A DNA stretch of 22,201 nucleotides, taken from NCBI GenBank assembly GCA_037142195.1, contig JBAXBA010000062.1:1-22201 (forward strand). Reading direction: 5' to 3'. Origin of the DNA: Pseudomonadota bacterium. GTDB taxonomy: Bacteria; Bdellovibrionota_B; Oligoflexia; Oligoflexales; CAIMVM01. Within the stretch, counting starts at the first letter, position 1. Each line of letters begins with the position of its first letter. The notes beneath the pieces were generated by a model, which was not told the DNA's origin, made no database searches, and was given only the letters and a program-made list of their open reading frames with translations. This document shows positions 18,256 through 22,201 of the stretch, in pieces. The translations under genes were made by a program, and so were the position numbers.

Positions 18256-19368
18256 TCACGACCTATAGGGGATAAATTCATTAGAGTCGCCTTTGAGCAA
18301 TTCCATAAGCTTTGGGTGAATAAACAATACTTCTTTACCAATCTTCATTTCTTTCAAGACGCCGATGTCCCGCAAGGTCCGCAAATAGGTCGCCGCTGTT
18401 TGCCTTTTAGCAATCCCTGCATCATCAAGTTTTGAAATTCTGCAGTAAGGCTGATTAAAAATGATGTCGACTAATTCACGCGAATATATTTTTGGGGCTT
18501 CTTCCCTAACATAGTCGGCGGTATGGTCGATCAGTTGCTTAATTGTTTTTATTTTTTCGCTTGTCCAAATCGCAGTTTCAGTAACACCGGTGAGCATATA
18601 GAGAATCCAAGGTTCCCATTGTCCCTTGACTGTCACATCCAGTAGCAGAGAGTAGTAAGATGACTTGTTTTTAATGATATATCGACTTAGGTAAAGTATA
18701 GGTTGATGTAATAGTCCTTCACTTATCAGATATAAGGAATTCAAAATTCTTCCGGTCCGACCGTTCCCGTCCGTAAAAGGATGAATGGCTTCGAACTGAT
18801 AGTGACCAGCAGCCATGCGAATGAGTGGATCCAAATCTTGGTGATTGTGCATAAAATCCTCCCAATTCTTTAGCTTCTCCCTAATGATGTTTTCTCCGAA
18901 TGGGGGTGTGTAAATAATCTGACCAGTTCGGTCATTAGCCAGCGCTGTCCCTGCTATCTTTCTTATATCCATGGGCGTATCGAGAATATGACTACATATA
19001 TCGACAGCTGTTGCTGTGCTCAGAGGTTTGGTTGTTAACGACTTGTAACCATTAAATAGCGCGGTGCGATACCTAAGAGCTTCTTTTGTTGGAGAGTCTG
19101 TTGACGTAGTTTCGGCATCTGCATATTGGAAAAGACGGTCCGTAGTGGTCACAATATTTTCAATCTCAGAACTATCTTTCGCTTCAAGGAGCGGGATAAT
19201 GTTGATCAGTACGGTTTGGTTTGGGATCAAATCTCCAGCGACTTTTAGCCCTTCAAGAGCGGCTCTCGCTTCGATACATTTTTTTAAAATCTCTTTACAT
19301 TCCAGGTCTACGTCCTTAGGGGGTAACTCGGGAATCTCATTATATGGCTTTTTTGGATCATAGTTCAT
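18256..19368 (-). CDS. fic: Fic-family protein adenylyltransferase, SoFic-like (class II, C-terminal wHTH)
   Basis: Canonical [13 protein letters not shown]-terminal inhibitory motif SSEIEN and C-terminal [12 protein letters not shown] helix. Confidence 0.93.
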   Translation of the reverse strand: MNYDPKKPYNEIPELPPKDVDLECKEILKKCIEARAALEGLKVAGDLIPNQTVLINIIPLLEAKDSSEIENIVTTTDRLFQYADAETTSTDSPTKEALRYRTALFNGYKSLTTKPLSTATAVDICSHILDTPMDIRKIAGTALANDRTGQIIYTPPFGENIIREKLKNWEDFMHNHQDLDPLIRMAAGHYQFEAIHPFTDGNGRTGRILNSLYLISEGLLHQPILYLSRYIIKNKSSYYSLLLDVTVKGQWEPWILYMLTGVTETAIWTSEKIKTIKQLIDHTADYVREEAPKIYSRELVDIIFNQPYCRISKLDDAGIAKRQTAATYLRTLRDIGVLKEMKIGKEVLFIHPKLMELLKGDSNEFIPYRS

Positions 19369-19421
19369 TGGACTGCCAATTCTAATTATTTAGGAGCTGT
19401 GTTAGCGCACTGTCATTTAAC

Positions 19422-19521
19422 ATGTCCACAAAATGTGATTTTATCGACATGAGATTAGTATATGTCGATGACGTCGACATGTCTATCCTGATATGTCGAT
19501 ATTATTCCATTCTATCGACAC
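19422..19521. promoter_or_regulatory. Operator-like array upstream of fic
   Basis: ATCGACAT 19443, ATGTCGAT 19462, GTCGACAT 19473, ATGTCGAT 19493 and ATCGACAC 19514; variant ATGTCCAC at 19422. Confidence 0.65.
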
Positions 19522-19727
19522 GTTCTTGACCTGTCTAGCTTAACGGCATAATGGATTAGGGGAGACAATCAAGCGGCTAAGTTCCCTTCTGTGGTGAAAA
19601 TGTGAGTCAAACTGATGGAAAATGGTCAAAATTGAGCAAATTTGGTCACACTCGAAAAGTCTCTAAGCCAAGAAAAGTACTGATAAATAGTTGATGTTGC
19701 AGACCAAGTTAAATGGCTATCTCGAGA

Positions 19728-19772
19728 TTTGGGAGCATGAGGTCGTAGGTTCGAGTCCTATCACCCCGACCA
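19728..19772 (+). mobile_element. 3' half of tRNA-Pro(TGG); probable att site of an integrative element
   Basis: TTTGGGA GCATG AGGTC GTAGG TTCGAGT CCTAT CACCCCG ACCA gives the anticodon loop, T arm, acceptor 3' strand and CCA. The upstream DNA cannot supply the 5' half. Confidence 0.85.
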
Positions 19773-19824
19773 TGCCGAAGAACACAGAATTATCATGTTT
19801 ACGTTCGATTAAAAAGCCTCTTCC

Positions 19825-19898
19825 CTGCGTCGTATCAGAACAAGTTAGGAATTTGCCGCTGAATATTCACTAAGATAGCTTTGAAATGTCTTGAATAC
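19825..19898. repeat. 74-bp direct repeat, copy 2
   Basis: Matches 18167-18240; starts 52 bp after the tRNA fragment. Confidence 0.95.
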
Positions 19899-20171
19899 AC
19901 GCCAGGCTGCAACGACGAGTCTTCCGTTAAATCAATTTTTCAAGAAACTAGGCGCTCTAGTTATAGTCGACGGAAGCTATAATTGCCGTTATCAATTTAG
20001 AGCTTTTGCTTGACTCCCTCATTATAGTTTGATTCAACTCCCTTGGTTCAAATTCTTTGCATGCGGAGACGACCATGCGTCAAACCCAAAAAGCACTTTT
20101 ATCATTTATGCCTGCTTCTCTAGCTCTAGGCATCTACCGATGCCATCGCCTTTGAGCGTCTGGATCAGCCC

Positions 20172-20904
20172 ATGAAAAAAGCATGGTCTTGGCTAGCAAA
20201 ATTTTTTGCGGTAGCGGTCTGCTATTTTTCTTTCAATGCTCAGGCTTCGGAAAAAATTGCCAAGGAAATCTATGAACAAATTTTGAAAAATGGAACAGAA
20301 ATTCATCGACTAGCAGCTGATGTCTTCAAAGAGGGACTATATTTTCCGCTCAGAAGATGGAACAACTGCCATGAGCATTCGAGTTGGTTCTTTTTTTAAT
20401 ATACTCATACAAGGAGGTTTCGCCAGGGAGCCAGAACTCACTCCAGACGCTCTTGCCCTGGATCTGTGCCATGAATTTGGTCACGGTTATGGAGGAGAAC
20501 CTTTAGATAAATCGAATATTGAACCTTTTTCTCTAGAGGGGCAAGACGATTACTATGGAGCGAAGATTTGCATGCCGCAAATTTTAAAAACTTTTTCCAA
20601 TCCTCTTGAGGATTCTGAAGTAACTCCATTTATGCAAAAAAAGTGTGCCGAATTTGCCCATAGTGATTCCGAAAAAGCTTTAATCTGCGTTAGACAACTT
20701 GCAGCAGCTTTAAGTTTAACCCAGTTCTTTGAAGCATATCGAAGGAAACAAGGAGTAATAGAAACTCCAGCTAGCTTCGAAACCCCAAGTACCGTCGTTG
20801 TTAACTCTACGCTTCAGAATTATCCTCCACCTAAATGCCGCTTGGACACCTACTTGGCAGGCACATTGCAATTGCCTCGTCCAAGTTGCTGGTACTGGGA
20901 ATAG
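20172..20904 (+). pseudogene. Secreted HExxH zinc-metallopeptidase-like protein, frameshifted near 20340-20365
   Basis: Signal peptide (MKKAW...NAQA|SE) in ORF 20172-20399; catalytic part (GGFAR, LCHEFGH, EGQDDY, YP..KCRLDTY, RPSCW) in the +1 frame, ORF 20320-20904. Confidence 0.7.
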
Positions 20905-21064
20905 AACTTTGTTGACGGCAGGTAAGTCGAGAGAATTCCAGGCGCGCACCCAATCCAAACAACTCAAAGCAATAATTGCGAATTTTCGTCCGCTTTACCT
21001 TGAAATCTCCTGAAATGACGCCGAGGGACGACTTCTTGGGCCCCGCAGACAAACTGCTTACTAA

Positions 21065-21460
21065 TTAGCCCGCGATTTTCTGTTTGTTGCCAAGAAAAAT
21101 GGGATTTGTGATGGTGCCATTGGAAAAGAGGTCATAAAAGAAAACGCGGAAAGCTTGCCATGCGGCCTTAGAAATTCCTTTGTGGCGACGCCATTGAGAA
21201 ATCGTGGCGGGTTCGATGCCGATGTATGAGGCAACCTCGGAGTTGGTCATGCCAGAGATATCAACAAGGAAGTTGAAGAGTTCACAACTCACATTTTCGG
21301 AGTCGTTGCTTTCTTCTACAAATGATTTTCCAAGTCGCCATTGTTCGCGTAACAAGTCGTCGGCACTAAAAACCGTAGTGCCATCGTCCCTGGCTTGTGC
21401 ATCGAGTTGAACGGAATAAACCTTTTTTCCAATTCGGAAACTGTATTCAATCTTGCTCAT
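21065..21460 (-). CDS. XRE-family HTH protein (antitoxin-like architecture)
   Basis: SGMTNSEVASYIGIEPATISQWR HTH; GGAGG SD. Confidence 0.8.
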   Translation of the reverse strand: MSKIEYSFRIGKKVYSVQLDAQARDDGTTVFSADDLLREQWRLGKSFVEESNDSENVSCELFNFLVDISGMTNSEVASYIGIEPATISQWRRHKGISKAAWQAFRVFFYDLFSNGTITNPIFLGNKQKIAG

Positions 21461-21833
21461 TCCATCCTCCTACAACGGTCATTTTTCGTTTTTCGACGTA
21501 CTCTTTAGCTGCTTTTAAGGAGTCGAACCATACATAAGCAAAGAGTGTTACGCGTGAATGGTTAACAACTGAGCCCGCAAGGTACTCAAAGCGAGCGGTG
21601 GGAGGCATGTCCGGCGATCGTGTGTCATCTGTGATGGGCGCTAAAAAAGCGTATAGTTATTCGCCAAATTCACGTGCGCGCTCTGGCGGACCCCATGCGA
21701 ATGGTTCGGCTATGCGGCGAAGAAGCCTCCGAATCCCGATTTCGTATCGCGCAAGTTTTTCAGAATCGTCATTGGAGTTGTGCTCAATGAAGATAGGGAA
21801 ATGTGCGAGGAAAAACGAAAACCGTTCCAGCAT
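21447..21833 (-). pseudogene. Unknown protein (129 codons including stops) with internal TAA, first gene of a bicistron with the XRE gene
   Basis: GAGGAG SD, then MLERFSFFLAHFPIF...ERAREFGE*LYAFLAPITDD...YVEKRKMTVVGGWNEQD*. TAA at 21657-21659; the end overlaps the XRE start. Confidence 0.65.
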
Positions 21834-21851
21834 AAAACGCCTCCTCTAATT

Positions 21852-21880
21852 ACTATATGTAACTAGGTTACAAGTGTAAA
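21852..21880 (-). promoter_or_regulatory. Sigma70-type promoter with palindromic operator in the spacer
   Basis: Minus strand TTTACA-17 bp-TATAGT; TGTAAC-N3-GTTACA at 21858-21872. Confidence 0.7.
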
Positions 21881-21963
21881 CTAAAAATGTGTTTAGCTTT
21901 TAGGATTTGCATTCTACCGAGGTAACCGACCAATACTAATACAGAAAATAGGATCACTGCGCA

Positions 21964-22009
21964 TTGTGTCGTGTCAAAGAAATTTATCAGTTTTCCGCTG
22001 AATATACGC
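21964..22009. repeat. Diverged partial third copy of the 74-bp repeat
   Basis: 33/46 ungapped identity to 19825-19870, including CCGCTGAATAT. Confidence 0.55.
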
Positions 22010-22201
22010 CCTGCGCCTTTTCATGAGGTTTGTATGACTTGCGTACAAACTTTCGGTTCGGCAGGAGTTGCAAATTTAGCTGCAAGCAACAATTCGATCG
22101 GTTAAATTCAGCACATTCAACTTCAAGTGCAGAAAAAGTGCGGAACACTAGGGCGTGTACTCACATCTAATTTAAGTAGTTGAAATAAAGACAGTTTCTC
22201 A

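Noticed and set aside
19728..19772. Complete tRNA-Pro gene
   Set aside because: No D arm, 5' acceptor strand (CGGGGTG) or 5' anticodon stem upstream.
4877..21659. Stop-codon reassignment or readthrough to explain several in-frame TAA/TGA codons
   Set aside because: Intact genes here end normally in TAA, TGA and TAG. The interruptions use different codons and occur only in accessory genes.
21598..21849. Plus-strand 83-aa ORF
   Set aside because: The promoter, SD and operon overlap all support the minus-strand gene instead.
18167..22009. CRISPR array or integron attC sites
   Set aside because: Kilobase spacing excludes CRISPR; no RYYYAAC/GTTRRRY ends or long dyad as in attC; no cas or intI gene.

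Overview
Bacterial window, probably from an Oligoflexia/Bdellovibrionota-like organism (inferred from gene families, not proven). It has three parts. (1) Left accessory island, 1-8450: a 530-bp diverged direct repeat flanks an AAA_14/DUF4143 ATPase that has a 28-bp-periodic operator array. A minus-strand operon follows: an unannotated 46-aa signal-peptide ORF (4877-5017), an orphan family-5 solute-binding protein and a short standalone YcaO enzyme. Divergent from it is a hybrid histidine kinase split from its receiver by one TAA. The island ends with a DUF4160/DUF2442 pair (toxin nonsense-inactivated) and an XRE-HTH pseudogene. (2) Intact core-like block, 8537-17690: TPR membrane protein, M14 carboxypeptidase, metallophosphoesterase, secreted hypothetical, MogA/MoaB-like protein, THUMP methyltransferase and U32 hydroxylase. 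(3) Right accessory island, 17700-22201: a SoFic-type Fic gene with an operator array, a 3' half of tRNA-Pro(TGG) as a probable att site, a 74-bp repeat in 2-3 copies, a frameshifted HExxH peptidase, and an unknown-protein/XRE operon with an inactivated first gene. The best candidate for an undescribed system is the peptide-SBP-YcaO / HK-REC module, which looks like a RiPP-type peptide signalling circuit. Novelty could not be checked without database searches.
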